In this document: positions 1 through 10,809 of the stretch, one piece after another | Layout of the letters: every line of letters starts with the position of its first letter | How positions within the stretch are numbered: the first letter of the stretch is position 1 | Origin: Chitinophagaceae bacterium | Lineage (GTDB): Bacteria > Bacteroidota > Bacteroidia > Chitinophagales > Chitinophagaceae | Assembly: GCA_947442625.1 (NCBI GenBank) | Contig: CANEWJ010000001.1 | Span: 2,506-66,505, forward strand | Direction of reading: 5' to 3' | Length of the DNA: 64,000 nt | The notes under the pieces: model-generated | The model's database searches: none | Told to the model about the DNA's origin: nothing | The model's input: only the letters and a program-made list of their open reading frames with translations | Made by a program: the position numbers and the translations under genes

Positions 1-699
1 CGCTACAGGTCATCAGATGTAATGCTTTCAGCGAATGAAGACAGTGTATTGCTAAGGAACATCCGTGTAAAGCTTGAAAAAAGCCGTGACGACAGTTTCC
101 ATGTTACGCTCATCAAGCGCGCTAGGTCTTCTTCACCCAGGAATGCAGAAATCATTGCAGAGCAGATATCCTATGCCGTTGAACAGTATGACAGCATCCT
201 GAGTATTCCAGATGCCTTTCCCATCACAACCAAAAACAAGTTTCACAACCAGCAGGTGATCGTGAAAATTGAAGTGCCTGTTGGCAAGGAAATATATGTG
301 GATGGAAAAGCCAATAACCTGAACTGGTATTCTGTCAGGGGGGGGCCAAATGGTTTATCCATCAATATTGACGATGATTATGATGATGATAATATCTGGA
401 CAAGCGGTGTTTGGTACATCATGAAAGAAACTGGTATCGAGAAGAAATTCAAGAATGAGGATGATTCCAACAAGGCTGAGTTGATGGATAGGATCCAGCA
501 AATGAAAGAAGAGATTGAAAAAGAAAACAAGAAGATTGAGGAGATGGAGATGAACATCAAGAATGGCGATACAACCGTTAATATCAAGATCAATACCACG
601 GCCATGGCAGATGAAGAGGAAGACCTAACTACAGGCGCTTCCTCCAATCCCAGAAGATTGTTCTTCGGTGCGATGAATTTGTTGAAGATGGGGAGATAG
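1..699 (+). CDS. 5'-truncated protein; C-terminal part resembles Bacteroidota PspC-domain-associated proteins
   Basis: Frame is open from base 1 to the TAG at 697-699. Beta-rich region followed by an acidic coiled-coil tail. Family call is from recall only. Confidence 0.4.
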   Translation, partial: RYRSSDVMLSANEDSVLLRNIRVKLEKSRDDSFHVTLIKRARSSSPRNAEIIAEQISYAVEQYDSILSIPDAFPITTKNKFHNQQVIVKIEVPVGKEIYVDGKANNLNWYSVRGGPNGLSINIDDDYDDDNIWTSGVWYIMKETGIEKKFKNEDDSNKAELMDRIQQMKEEIEKENKKIEEMEMNIKNGDTTVNIKINTTAMADEEEDLTTGASSNPRRLFFGAMNLLKMGR

Positions 700-710
700 A
701 TTTATCTTTG
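678..710 (+). promoter_or_regulatory. Bacteroidota housekeeping promoter (-33 TTTG / -7 TAnnTTTG) for gcvT
   Basis: TTTG at 678-681, 21-nt spacer, TATCTTTG at 703-710, ATG at 716. Confidence 0.65.
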
Positions 711-715
711 CCCCC

Positions 716-1804
716 ATGAAATCGACCCCCTTCACCCATCTCCATCAGGCACTTGGTGCCAAGATGGCCGAGTTTGCCGGATACAACATGCCCATTTCAT
801 ATACCGGGATCAACGACGAGCACCATGTCGTGCGCAACAATGTTGGTGTTTTTGATGTAAGCCACATGGGCGAATTCATTTTGAAGGGTGAAAATGCGTT
901 GGCCCTGATCCAGCAGATCAGTTCCAACGATGCCTCCAAGTTATCAAACGGGCAGGCACAGTACAGCTGCATCCTGAACCAGAATGGCGGTATTGTAGAC
1001 GACATGCTGGTATACTGTGTAGAACAGAACAAGGTCTACATGCTTGTGGTGAATGCCTCCAACATCAGAAAAGACTGGGACTGGATCCAGGAATTCAACC
1101 AGGGGAAAGTTGAAATGCACAATATTTCAGACAAGACCTGTCTGTTGGCCATTCAAGGACCTAACGCCACAAAGGTGTTGCAACCCCTCACCGAGATGGA
1201 CATCCTCAACATGAAATACTATACGTTTTCAAAAGGTAAATTTGCCGGCGTTGAGAATGTATTGGTCAGCGCAACGGGCTACACCGGTGCAGGTGGTGTT
1301 GAAATTTATTTTGAAGACGAGGGAGACAATGCCGTAAAAATATGGAATGCGATTTTTGAAGCCGGCGCTGCAGCAGGCATCAAGCCTGTAGGCCTGGGTG
1401 CACGCGATACCCTGCGCTTGGAAAAAGGATATTGCCTTTACGGAAACGATATTGATGACTATTCTACGCCACTGGAAGCGGGGTTGGGATGGATCACGAA
1501 ATTTACAAAAGAGTTCACCGCTTCAACCTTTCTGAAAAAGCAAAAAGAGACCGGCGTTGAAAAGAAACTCGTTGGCTTTGAAATGGTAGACCGCGGCATT
1601 CCCCGCCATGATTACATGATCAGGGATGAAGAGGGAAACCTCATTGGCCGCGTAACTTCAGGAACCCAATCTCCAACTCTCAACAAGGGCATTGGCATGG
1701 GCTATGTACTTGCTGAATTTGCTGCAGTTGGCGCTGAAATTTTTGTTGATATCCGCGACAAGCAGATCAAGGCCGTTGTGGTTCAGCTTCCATTTGTAAA
1801 ATAA
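716..1804 (+). CDS. gcvT: Glycine cleavage system aminomethyltransferase T
   Basis: Motifs [33 protein letters not shown]. Confidence 0.97.
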   Translation: MKSTPFTHLHQALGAKMAEFAGYNMPISYTGINDEHHVVRNNVGVFDVSHMGEFILKGENALALIQQISSNDASKLSNGQAQYSCILNQNGGIVDDMLVYCVEQNKVYMLVVNASNIRKDWDWIQEFNQGKVEMHNISDKTCLLAIQGPNATKVLQPLTEMDILNMKYYTFSKGKFAGVENVLVSATGYTGAGGVEIYFEDEGDNAVKIWNAIFEAGAAAGIKPVGLGARDTLRLEKGYCLYGNDIDDYSTPLEAGLGWITKFTKEFTASTFLKKQKETGVEKKLVGFEMVDRGIPRHDYMIRDEEGNLIGRVTSGTQSPTLNKGIGMGYVLAEFAAVGAEIFVDIRDKQIKAVVVQLPFVK

Positions 1805-1809
1805 GTTTG

Positions 1810-2544
1810 ATGGGCGCGCAACAGAGAAAACTTTTCACTTCGCTATCTCCCGCACTCCTCAATTTGTATGACATCAGCAACAGTGTTGTGGTGATCATCG
1901 ATGTTTTGCGGGCTACATCTACCATCGCCACTGCATTGTACAATGGCGCTGAGGCGGTAATGCCTGTGGCTACAGTACCACGCTGCATTGAACTTGGGGC
2001 CGAGCTCAACGGGATTACAGCCGGTGAGCGTGATGGCAGGGTCGCAGAAGGATTGAGCTATGGCAATTCGCCGTTTGAATACCCCAGGGAATTCATTGAA
2101 AACGAACTTCTGGTTTTGACAACCACCAATGGAACCAAGCTCTTGCACATGGCCCTTGACAGCGGTGCACCAGAAATCATCACCGGTTCCTTTCCGAATC
2201 TTTCTGCAGTATGTGATTACCTGATGGCATCAGACAAGGATGTTTTACTGGGCTGTTCTGCCTGGAAGGACAGGGTCAACATGGAAGACACCTTGTTCGC
2301 TGGCGCTGTGATCAGCAGGATCAAGGGCCATTTTGAAATGCATTGCGATTCATCCAAGATGGCGGAAAGCCTGTTCCTTGAAGCCGGCGAAGATAGGTTT
2401 GGTTTCATGGAAAGCCGCGGTGCCACGCACTATCATCGCCTGATGAACTATGGTTTGGAAAAAGACATTCGCTATTGTTTGTCTGCTGATGTGGCCAATG
2501 TACTTCCCATTTTCAAGGGAGACAGGTTGGTGTTGGAAGCATAA
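1810..2544 (+). CDS. comB: 2-phosphosulfolactate phosphatase family protein
   Basis: Motifs IDVLRATST, AGER, GNSP, TTTNGT. Confidence 0.85.
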   Translation: MGAQQRKLFTSLSPALLNLYDISNSVVVIIDVLRATSTIATALYNGAEAVMPVATVPRCIELGAELNGITAGERDGRVAEGLSYGNSPFEYPREFIENELLVLTTTNGTKLLHMALDSGAPEIITGSFPNLSAVCDYLMASDKDVLLGCSAWKDRVNMEDTLFAGAVISRIKGHFEMHCDSSKMAESLFLEAGEDRFGFMESRGATHYHRLMNYGLEKDIRYCLSADVANVLPIFKGDRLVLEA

Positions 2545-2692
2545 ACCCGCAGATTCCCGATGCAAAAAACCGCTAAATTTACTGATTTTTTCCCACATTA
2601 TTCTTGTTTTTCGGCCTTACTAAATTATAGTTGACAAGCGATAGGATTAGGGTTCTTTTGCACTAATTTCGCCAATTAACCTAACATCGTTC

Positions 2693-5600
2693 ATGTCATT
2701 ATCGCACCTACTGAAATTCATTTACAACAACGGAACGGACGAAGTCATCCGTCGTGGAAAAAAGATTCATGCGATAGGATACGTTGAATTCATTGAATAC
2801 GACGATCTTCTCGGTGCTGTAAGTTTTAGGGTCAAAGACGACAATTACAGCACTTTCTACAAGGTGCATGTACAAAAATACAGGGATCCGCGTGCCATGG
2901 CATTGCGCTGCTCTTGTCCGTACAACCTTGGCGATATCTGCAGACATGAAGCTGCCGCCTTGTTGCAGTTGCAGGATCTTGTTGACAAGAACATGATCGG
3001 TGACAATGCCATCAGGTACGACCAGCGGCATACGGTCATCAAGATGAAGCAAATCGAACTCCGCACCATTCGGATGCTCGCCACCCAGGAAGTTTGCGAG
3101 AAGGCGGAGGTCGTGCTCAGGACAACAAAAGCCACCATCATCAGCGCAAAGGATGAAAGGGTGGAAGCCAAGCTCGAACTCAATGGCGAGGTTTTCCCCA
3201 TGGTCATCCAAAGAAATGAGGAGCGCAATTTTGATACTTCCTGCAAGTGTACTGAGGAAACACATCCGCTCTGTGTGCACAAAACCATTCTTTTTCTTCA
3301 GCTATTGAATGCCTACGGCAGTTTGTATTTTGATACCATCCGCAACTGGGACAAGGAAAAAAACAAATTGCTGGGAATCTATGGCTATAGCATGAATGAG
3401 CCTGATTGGCAGACAAAATTTGAATTCACCTATAAAGAGGGAAAGCCATTCTTGCGGGTGCTTGATCCAACAGTAAAAAGGGTTACAACGCCGATTGTTG
3501 AGGAAAAGCCCCTTGTTCAGCGAAAAGAAGAAGTGATAGAAGTGGTCAATACCTTGACGGAGCCTGTGGTTTCCTCGCAAAGGCTTGGCGTAGTCCTTAT
3601 TGAAACGCCCGGAAAATACCCTGGCTTCAATGTTGAGTTGGTCAGTGGAGAGTTTGATCAGGAGAACATGGAATTTCTTGGAAAGGTTGAACACATTGAT
3701 CTTTCAAAATATGTGCCTACCACTGAGTTGGTTACGGAAGATATTTCCCTGATGAATGCTGTCAGGAAGTTACAGCGTTCCGAAATTGATAAATATGTCA
3801 GCAGGAATTCCCCTTTCTCCGGCATTTGGGAAAACATCATTTATTCAGAGGAAGAAGGCCTGCCTGCAGAAACAACCTTGCTGATAGATGAATACCTGCA
3901 TCCCAAAATCGTCAAGATGTTTGCCGAGCATGCGGAACGCACCTTGTTCCTGAAACTATTGCCAGGCAAGCCTTTTACTACGGCCAACCTGGTGAAGACT
4001 GGAATTGGGAGCGGAAGGATGAAACCAGGACTGCAGGTTGCCCTTGAAAAGAAGCAGGCAACCATTACGCCCGTTGCATTGATTGAAGAGTGGGACATTG
4101 AGCTGACAGCCAACGAATGGTCTTCTTCCTTGGTTGCCCTTTTCAATGATCAGTTGTATTGCTGGAACTCACTGGAAGACCTTGAAGCCATCACGGCTTT
4201 CATCCCGGAGAGAAACAGAAAAATCAGCCTTTCAAAATGGCCTGAATTTCTGGAGCGTGAAGTCTTGCCTTTTGCAAGAAAATACAAAGTTGATTTTGAC
4301 AAGTCTTTGATGACAGAGCTGTTCAACGGAGAGCCCGAAATCAAATTGCAGCTCCAGGAAAAAAATGAATACCTGGTCTTTACGCCTGTATTCCTTTACC
4401 AGGGATATGAAGTAAAATACACAGACAAGGAAACGATTTTTCTGCCTGAAAACGGAAAGATCAAAATGATCAAAAGAGACCTGGAGAAGGAAAGGGAGTT
4501 TGTCAAAAAACTGGGATCGCTGCATTCCAATTTTATCAATACGGAAAACAGTTTCAACCTGGTGTTGAAAGGAACGGAAGTATTGAGGAACAACTGGTTC
4601 TTCCTGTTTGTGGATGCAATGAAAGAGTTCCAGGTACCGGTCATTGGATTTGAAGTGTTGAAGAACTACAGGTTCAATACTGCAAAACCACAGACCAGGA
4701 TCCAGATCAGCAATGGGGTGGATTGGTTTGATGCAAAGGTGGAAATCATTTTTGGTGACCAGAAAGTATCCATTGAAGAGATCAAGCGCGCCTTGAACAA
4801 CAAGCAACAGATTGTTCAATTGAATGACGGAACCCTTGGGATTCTGCCTGATGAGTGGTTGAAAAAATATTCTTTGCTGTTCAGGGTCGGAGAAGGAAAA
4901 ACAGACCAGTTAAGGCTTTCAAAATATCACCTCAGTGTTATCGATGAACTCTACAATAACATTGATGAGGCAGAGGTCATGATCAAGCTGGAAGAAAAAT
5001 ATGAAAGGCTGAGGTCTTTCAACAGGATCAATGAAGTTGATCCGCCAATACAACTGGCAGAAATTCTCAGGCCTTATCAGGTTGCCGGATACCATTGGCT
5101 GAACTATCTCACAGAGGTAGGTTGGGGCGGCATCCTGGCTGATGACATGGGTCTTGGTAAAACCATCCAGGCCTTGTCTTCACTGCAACGCTTTCGAGAC
5201 AACAATGAAAGCATGACGGCCATCGTTGTTTGTCCGACTACCTTGATGTTCAACTGGGAAAATGAAATCAAGAAATTCACGCCCAAACTGACCTACCGCA
5301 TCCACCATGGTGGAGAAAGGATCCGCGACAAGAAAATATTTGTGGACCATGATGTAATCATCACCACCTACGGAACCCTCCGCAGTGACATCAAGTTCAT
5401 GCTTGAAACCAATTTTGATTATATCGTATTGGATGAATCACAGGCCATTAAAAATCCACAGAGCAAGGTGACCAAGGCGGCCTGTTTGCTCAACGCCAAG
5501 AACAGGCTTTGTATGAGTGGTACGCCATTGCAGAACAATACCTTCGATATCTATGCGCAGATGAACTTCCTGAATCCAGGGATGCTCGGCAGTGTGGAAT

Positions 5601-6454
5601 ATTTCAGGAATGAGTTTGCCACACCCATCGATAAATTTGGAGAAAGGGAGCACAAGGAACACCTGAAAAAACTCCTGTTTCCTTTCATCCTCAGGCGAAC
5701 CAAAGAGCAGGTGGCCAAAGACCTTCCGGAAAAAACAGAGACCATCCTGTTCTGTGAAATGGAAGAGGAACAACGCAATATTTATGATGCATACAGGAAT
5801 GATTACAGGGACAAAATCCTGGGCGTGATCAAGGAGCAGGGCATCCAAAAATCCCAGCTGACCATCCTGCAAGGACTGATGAAACTGCGCCAGATCTGTG
5901 ATTCACCGGCGATCATGAACGAGAGTGAGCAGATGCCCAATGTATCTGTCAAGCTGGATGAGCTGTCCAGGGAAATCACTGAAAACATTGGCAACCACAA
6001 GGCCCTGGTCTTCTCTCAGTTCCTTGGCATGCTTGGATTGATCAGGGAAAAGCTTACTGCCCTGGGCGTGAAATTCGAATATTTCGATGGAAGTACATCT
6101 GCTGTTGACAGGGAAAAGGCCATCCAGAGTTTCCAGAAAAATGATGAGGTGCGGGTATTCTTGATTTCGCTGAAAGCGGGTGGTGTGGGCCTTAACCTTA
6201 CCGCAGCTGATTATGTATACATTGTTGATCCCTGGTGGAATCCTGCGGTTGAACAACAGGCCATTGACAGAACACACCGTATCGGACAAACCAAAAATAT
6301 CTTTGCATACCGCATGATTTGTAAGGACACGATAGAAGACAAGATTCTGCAACTGCAGGATAAGAAGCGTGCCCTTGCCAAAGACCTTGTGTCTGATGAC
6401 GATGGTTTTGTGAAGACGCTGACAAGAGAGGATGTGGAGTACCTCTTCAGCTAA
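2693..6454 (+). CDS. SWIM zinc-finger SNF2-family helicase/ATPase
   Basis: Two SWIM-like fingers (CSC..ICRH; CKC..LCVH), ADDMGLGKT, DESQ, SGTP, DPWWNPAVEQQAIDRTHRIGQ. Confidence 0.93.
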   Translation: MSLSHLLKFIYNNGTDEVIRRGKKIHAIGYVEFIEYDDLLGAVSFRVKDDNYSTFYKVHVQKYRDPRAMALRCSCPYNLGDICRHEAAALLQLQDLVDKNMIGDNAIRYDQRHTVIKMKQIELRTIRMLATQEVCEKAEVVLRTTKATIISAKDERVEAKLELNGEVFPMVIQRNEERNFDTSCKCTEETHPLCVHKTILFLQLLNAYGSLYFDTIRNWDKEKNKLLGIYGYSMNEPDWQTKFEFTYKEGKPFLRVLDPTVKRVTTPIVEEKPLVQRKEEVIEVVNTLTEPVVSSQRLGVVLIETPGKYPGFNVELVSGEFDQENMEFLGKVEHIDLSKYVPTTELVTEDISLMNAVRKLQRSEIDKYVSRNSPFSGIWENIIYSEEEGLPAETTLLIDEYLHPKIVKMFAEHAERTLFLKLLPGKPFTTANLVKTGIGSGRMKPGLQVALEKKQATITPVALIEEWDIELTANEWSSSLVALFNDQLYCWNSLEDLEAITAFIPERNRKISLSKWPEFLEREVLPFARKYKVDFDKSLMTELFNGEPEIKLQLQEKNEYLVFTPVFLYQGYEVKYTDKETIFLPENGKIKMIKRDLEKEREFVKKLGSLHSNFINTENSFNLVLKGTEVLRNNWFFLFVDAMKEFQVPVIGFEVLKNYRFNTAKPQTRIQISNGVDWFDAKVEIIFGDQKVSIEEIKRALNNKQQIVQLNDGTLGILPDEWLKKYSLLFRVGEGKTDQLRLSKYHLSVIDELYNNIDEAEVMIKLEEKYERLRSFNRINEVDPPIQLAEILRPYQVAGYHWLNYLTEVGWGGILADDMGLGKTIQALSSLQRFRDNNESMTAIVVCPTTLMFNWENEIKKFTPKLTYRIHHGGERIRDKKIFVDHDVIITTYGTLRSDIKFMLETNFDYIVLDESQAIKNPQSKVTKAACLLNAKNRLCMSGTPLQNNTFDIYAQMNFLNPGMLGSVEYFRNEFATPIDKFGEREHKEHLKKLLFPFILRRTKEQVAKDLPEKTETILFCEMEEEQRNIYDAYRNDYRDKILGVIKEQGIQKSQLTILQGLMKLRQICDSPAIMNESEQMPNVSVKLDELSREITENIGNHKALVFSQFLGMLGLIREKLTALGVKFEYFDGSTSAVDREKAIQSFQKNDEVRVFLISLKAGGVGLNLTAADYVYIVDPWWNPAVEQQAIDRTHRIGQTKNIFAYRMICKDTIEDKILQLQDKKRALAKDLVSDDDGFVKTLTREDVEYLFS

Positions 6455-6493
6455 CGGAGGCGTTCATACATCCTCAACAGATGGATGCTAGCA

Positions 6494-7672
6494 TCATAAA
6501 CCAGAGATTGTTTTTACACTGAGGAACAAGGTAGCCAGCACCACAACCAGACCAAAAATTTTCAAGAAAAGGGGATGTTTATACTCCCCAATTATTTTTT
6601 TGTTGGATGCAGCAAGCAGTATCAATCCCAGCGCGATTGGCAGGATGAATCCATTCAATGCCCCAACAACCACCAATGTTTTTACGGGTTTTCCGATGGT
6701 GATAAAAACAAAGAGTGCAATCAAGACAAACCCAACCAGCATGGGCTTTTCGTTTTTTTCGAATGCCGGATGAAAGGATCTGAAAAATGAAATGGAGGTA
6801 TAGGCCGATCCGACCACTGAAGTGATGGCAGCACTCCACATCACGATTCCAAAAATCATGTAGCCCAGGTTTCCGGCAGCGAGTTGAAAAACAGATGCCG
6901 CAGGATTGCTGCTGTCAAGGGCAAGTCCTTTAGAGACCACCCCCAGGGCTGCCAGGAACAACAAGACACGCATGATGGACGCTATGAGGATGGCTGAAAC
7001 AGCAGCGTTGCTGACTTCCTTTGTGTGCTCTGGCCCGGTCAGCCCTGCATCAATCAGTCGGTGAGCTCCTGCAAAACTGATGTATCCACCAACCGTTCCA
7101 CCCACCAGGGTGATGATGGCCATGAAGTCAATCTTGTCTGGAACAAAAGTCTTTTTTACAGCCTCTCCCAATGGTGGCGCAGCCACAAAGACCACATAGA
7201 GGGTCAGTACAATCATCACAATACCCAAAGCTTTTGCGAACATGTCCATCCATTTTAGGGATTGCTTGTTAACAAAGATCATTATGGTAATTGCCGCACT
7301 GATCATCGCCCCTGTTTCTGTACGCCAGCCGGTGAGCACATTCAGCCCAAGGCCTGCGCCAGCAAGGTTCCCGGTGTTGAAGGCCAGTCCTCCCACCACA
7401 ATCAGGAGGGTGAGAAAAAAACCGGCTCCGGGGATGACCTTGTTCGCCAGTTCTTGTGCCCGCATGCCTGATGCCCCTAAAATTTTCCAGATGTTCATTT
7501 GTGCACCAATATCCAAAACAATGGAAATCAGGATCACAAATCCAAAGCTCGCCAGCAGGGTATTGGTGAACACCGCCGTCTGTGTCAAAAAGCCAGGGCC
7601 AATGGCCGAAGTGGCCATCAAAAAAGCTGCTGCGATAACAGGGGAGTTGCTGAGCCAGGATTTTTTCTTCAT
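6494..7672 (-). CDS. NRAMP-like (YcsG-type) membrane transporter
   Basis: ATSAIGPGFLTQT motif, ~11 hydrophobic segments, 4-bp overlap with pxpA. Confidence 0.85.
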   Translation of the reverse strand: MKKKSWLSNSPVIAAAFLMATSAIGPGFLTQTAVFTNTLLASFGFVILISIVLDIGAQMNIWKILGASGMRAQELANKVIPGAGFFLTLLIVVGGLAFNTGNLAGAGLGLNVLTGWRTETGAMISAAITIMIFVNKQSLKWMDMFAKALGIVMIVLTLYVVFVAAPPLGEAVKKTFVPDKIDFMAIITLVGGTVGGYISFAGAHRLIDAGLTGPEHTKEVSNAAVSAILIASIMRVLLFLAALGVVSKGLALDSSNPAASVFQLAAGNLGYMIFGIVMWSAAITSVVGSAYTSISFFRSFHPAFEKNEKPMLVGFVLIALFVFITIGKPVKTLVVVGALNGFILPIALGLILLAASNKKIIGEYKHPLFLKIFGLVVVLATLFLSVKTISGL

Positions 7673-8415
7673 TGTATCGCGCTTATGGTGATCTTGTTTT
7701 GGTGCAGGGCCCTGTTGATCTCTTGGGCAAATACCACAGCGTTTTCGCCATCACCATGGATGCAAACCGTATCTGCCTTGATCGGAATTTCCTGTCCTGT
7801 GGTAGATTGCAGGTTTTTGTGCAGGATGATTTGCAAAACTTGTGCAACGCTTTGCTCTGTTGTTTCAATCATGGCATTGGGTTGGTTCCTTGGTGTCAAC
7901 ATCCCCTGGTCTGTATAGGTCCTGTCTGAAAATACTTCCCTGTAAAACTGCAGTTCGAGTTTGGCTGCTGATCTTTCTGAAGCGCTGTTGGGCAATCCAT
8001 ATAAAATCAAGGAATTGTCAATTGCTTTTATTGCCCTTGAAATAGCATCGGCAACCATGGCATCTTTTGCAGCCATGTTGTACAGCGCACCATGGGGTTT
8101 TACATGGTGCAGAACTGCGCCCTCTTCTTCTGCAGCTTTCCGGATGGTGTTGACCTGATCTAGTACAATCTGGTAAATCTCATCCGATGACAAATGCATT
8201 TCCCTTCTCCCAAAACCGTCCCTGTCATCAAAAGATGGATGGGCGCCGATGGCAACATCGTGTTGCAGGGCCAGGCGAATGGTCTCTCGCATCAGTTCTC
8301 CCCCACCGGCATGGTATCCACAGGCAATGTTCGCCGAACTGATCAATGGCATGATCAGCGCATCGGTTGTATAGCCCTCGCCCAAGTCGCAGTTCAGGTC
8401 AATCTTTTCAAGCAT
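7669..8415 (-). CDS. pxpA: 5-oxoprolinase subunit A (LamB/YcsF family)
   Basis: Motifs DLNCDLGE, ANIACGYHAG, HVKPHGALYN, DTVCIHGD. Confidence 0.92.
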   Translation of the reverse strand: MLEKIDLNCDLGEGYTTDALIMPLISSANIACGYHAGGGELMRETIRLALQHDVAIGAHPSFDDRDGFGRREMHLSSDEIYQIVLDQVNTIRKAAEEEGAVLHHVKPHGALYNMAAKDAMVADAISRAIKAIDNSLILYGLPNSASERSAAKLELQFYREVFSDRTYTDQGMLTPRNQPNAMIETTEQSVAQVLQIILHKNLQSTTGQEIPIKADTVCIHGDGENAVVFAQEINRALHQNKITISAIQ

Positions 8416-8467
8416 TTTTCAAATGTAGTTCAAATAACAATTCCCATTTTTTACTTACATTCATTGC

Positions 8468-9574
8468 ATGAAAAATAGAAGAACCTTTATCCGGTCTACC
8501 GCAGTTGCTTCAGCCGGATTGCTTGCCAGCAAATCATTTGCTTTTTCCATTGTTGACAGGAACAGGCAAACAGAGGAATTGATCATAGGCCACAATGGCT
8601 TTACCTATAAAGTAGATCATGGATGGGCCAAGATCAGTGCCAGCACACATCCGGTCATCAACTGTCACGAGATGGTGCAAGACAGCAAGGGCAGGCTGAT
8701 CATGGTGGGCGATGATACCCATAACAATATCCTTGTTTTTGATAAGTCTGGCCAATTGCTGGATTCCTGGGGAACTTCATTTCCTGCCGGGCATGGGCTT
8801 ACCATCAGCAAAGAAAACGATGAAGATTTTCTGCTGATTGTTGACAATGGATTTTACAAGGATCTTTCCGGCAAATCAAAAGCACAGCCCGGAAATGTGG
8901 TGAAGACCGACCTCAAAGGAAGGATTATTTTTTCATTGGCACAGCCCCATACCATTGGCGCCTATAAGGATGAGGATGCCTACCGTCCAACAGAAACGGC
9001 AGTTGCACCCAACGGAGATATCTATGTGGCGGATGGATACGGATCTGATTATATCCTCCAATTTGACAGCAAGGGAAGGTTCATCAGGAAGTTTGGTGGA
9101 CGTAAAAACGAGAACAAAGAGCATAATTTATACTGTGCGCATGGTGTAGTGGTGGACAACAGGGATCCAAACAATCCAGTGCTGATTTGCACCTCAAGGG
9201 AAGAGTGCTGTTTCAAGGTATTTACCCTTGATGGAAAATTTATCAAGCGCATAGATACGCCAGGCATGTATGTATGCAGGCCTGTGATTCACGGACAACA
9301 TCTTTATGCTGGCGTATGCTGGTCCAAAGATGCAGAAGGAAAAAAACAAAATGCAACCGGATTCCTGACCATTCTGGATACCAACTACAAAGTATTGGCG
9401 AGCCCTGGCGGAACGGCGCCTGTCTATAAAAACGGTATCCTGCAACCAACATTCCAGCACGAATCAAAAGTATTCAAGCATGGTCATGATGTTTGCATCG
9501 ACGAGGACCAAAGCATCTATGTTTGCCAGTGGAATGCAAACAAGACGACGCCGGTGAAGTTGACAAGGGTTTAG
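8468..9574 (+). CDS. Tat-exported NHL-repeat/6-bladed beta-propeller protein
   Basis: NRRTFIR twin-arginine signal; NHL-like repeats (PTETAVAPNGDIYVADGYG). Confidence 0.75.
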   Translation: MKNRRTFIRSTAVASAGLLASKSFAFSIVDRNRQTEELIIGHNGFTYKVDHGWAKISASTHPVINCHEMVQDSKGRLIMVGDDTHNNILVFDKSGQLLDSWGTSFPAGHGLTISKENDEDFLLIVDNGFYKDLSGKSKAQPGNVVKTDLKGRIIFSLAQPHTIGAYKDEDAYRPTETAVAPNGDIYVADGYGSDYILQFDSKGRFIRKFGGRKNENKEHNLYCAHGVVVDNRDPNNPVLICTSREECCFKVFTLDGKFIKRIDTPGMYVCRPVIHGQHLYAGVCWSKDAEGKKQNATGFLTILDTNYKVLASPGGTAPVYKNGILQPTFQHESKVFKHGHDVCIDEDQSIYVCQWNANKTTPVKLTRV

Positions 9575-9600
9575 GGGTGTAAAGGTTTAAGGGGTTGAAG
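9568..9600 (+). repeat. Degenerate GGTTTAGG-type octamer array
   Basis: GGTTTAGG GGTGTAAA GGTTTAAG GGGTTGAAG; includes the TAG stop of the NHL gene. Confidence 0.75.
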
Positions 9601-9626
9601 TAAATTTATAAAATACAAGAAGCAAA

Positions 9627-9965
9627 ATGGATTCTAACAAAGTGGACATGTTCATTCTGAGCAATGGAAAGTTTTTTGAAAGCAACCAATTGATATACAT
9701 CAGGGAGCAGTTGCTGGCCATGGATGACTCAAAATGGTCATTGGTTCAAACCATACAGTTCAAAGATCCTACGACCAGCATCATTGTTTCGATCCTTGCA
9801 GGAACCTTGGGCATAGATCGTTTTATGATTGGGGATACAGGACTGGGCATTGGAAAATTATTGACTTGTGGCGGTATTGGTATTTGGGCAGTGGTGGATT
9901 TGTTCCTGATCATGGGAGCAACCAGGGAGAAGAACTTTGCCAAATTTCAGCAGCTTTTGTATTGA
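9627..9965 (+). CDS. TM2 domain membrane protein
   Basis: KDPTT..LGIDRFMIG..GKLLTCGG.GIWAVVD signature. Confidence 0.88.
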   Translation: MDSNKVDMFILSNGKFFESNQLIYIREQLLAMDDSKWSLVQTIQFKDPTTSIIVSILAGTLGIDRFMIGDTGLGIGKLLTCGGIGIWAVVDLFLIMGATREKNFAKFQQLLY

Positions 9966-10378
9966 TGGGTATAAGCAGAAAAAACCTCTATATCCTGATC
10001 ATGCTGTTTTGCGTGTCAGGCTATTCCTGGCTTGTGATGCATCTTGACAGCAGGTGGGTAAATGTTGTGGGTTCGGTTTGTGTGTTCAAAAAAGTAACGG
10101 GAATTCCTTGCCCCTCTTGTGGTGCAACACGATCAATGATTGCATTGATCAGTGGGGATTTAATCAATGGCGTTTTATGGAATCCCATAGGATTGCTTTT
10201 GTTGGGCGGTCTGGTCATCTTTCCTTTTTGGCTCTTGCATGATCTCACATTGAAGAAAAACAGTTTCCATGTTTTTTATGCATCAGTTGAAAAAACGATA
10301 AGACAAAAGCGTATTGCCTGGCCATTGATTGTATTGGTTTTACTGAATTGGTGCTGGAACATTTACAAGGGAGTATAA
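9965..10378 (+). CDS. DUF2752 membrane protein
   Basis: CVFKKVTGIPCPSCGATRS motif; ATG overlaps the TM2 stop (TGATG). Confidence 0.85.
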   Translation: MGISRKNLYILIMLFCVSGYSWLVMHLDSRWVNVVGSVCVFKKVTGIPCPSCGATRSMIALISGDLINGVLWNPIGLLLLGGLVIFPFWLLHDLTLKKNSFHVFYASVEKTIRQKRIAWPLIVLVLLNWCWNIYKGV

Positions 10379-10379
10379 C

Positions 10380-10808
10380 ATGTCTTCAACATTCATATAT
10401 CATCCAACTGAATCAGAAGCCGAAAAAGCTTCCAACAGTTACCTCATGTCGCTGATTGCCATCATGGTTGGTTTTCCATTGCCCATTATCAACCTGTTGG
10501 CCACCTTGTTTTTCTATATCGCGAACCGGAAGTCGACCTATTTTGTGCGCTGGCATTGTATACATGCCCTGCTTTCGCAATTGAGCCTTTTTGTTATCAA
10601 TTCCATTGGTTTTTGGTGGACGATATCTGTATTGATCAGGGAGGATGAACAGGTTTCAAACCCTTATCTTGCTTATATCATAACGGTTTTTGTTGTCAAT
10701 GTTGTTGAACTGGGCATGACCATTGCTGCTGCCATCAAAACCCGAAAGGGCCACCATGTTTTCTGGTGGTTTTATGGGCCACTCACACAATTGATTTGTA
10801 AACCTTGA
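10380..10808 (+). CDS. DUF4870-like three-TM membrane protein
   Basis: Three hydrophobic segments; PLPIINL and FVRWHC..AL pattern. Confidence 0.65.
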   Translation: MSSTFIYHPTESEAEKASNSYLMSLIAIMVGFPLPIINLLATLFFYIANRKSTYFVRWHCIHALLSQLSLFVINSIGFWWTISVLIREDEQVSNPYLAYIITVFVVNVVELGMTIAAAIKTRKGHHVFWWFYGPLTQLICKP

Positions 10809-10809
10809 T

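Noticed and set aside
2693-6454. SWIM-SNF2 helicase as part of a defence system
   Set aside because: Solitary, with housekeeping neighbours and no nuclease or methylase partner; this architecture is widespread
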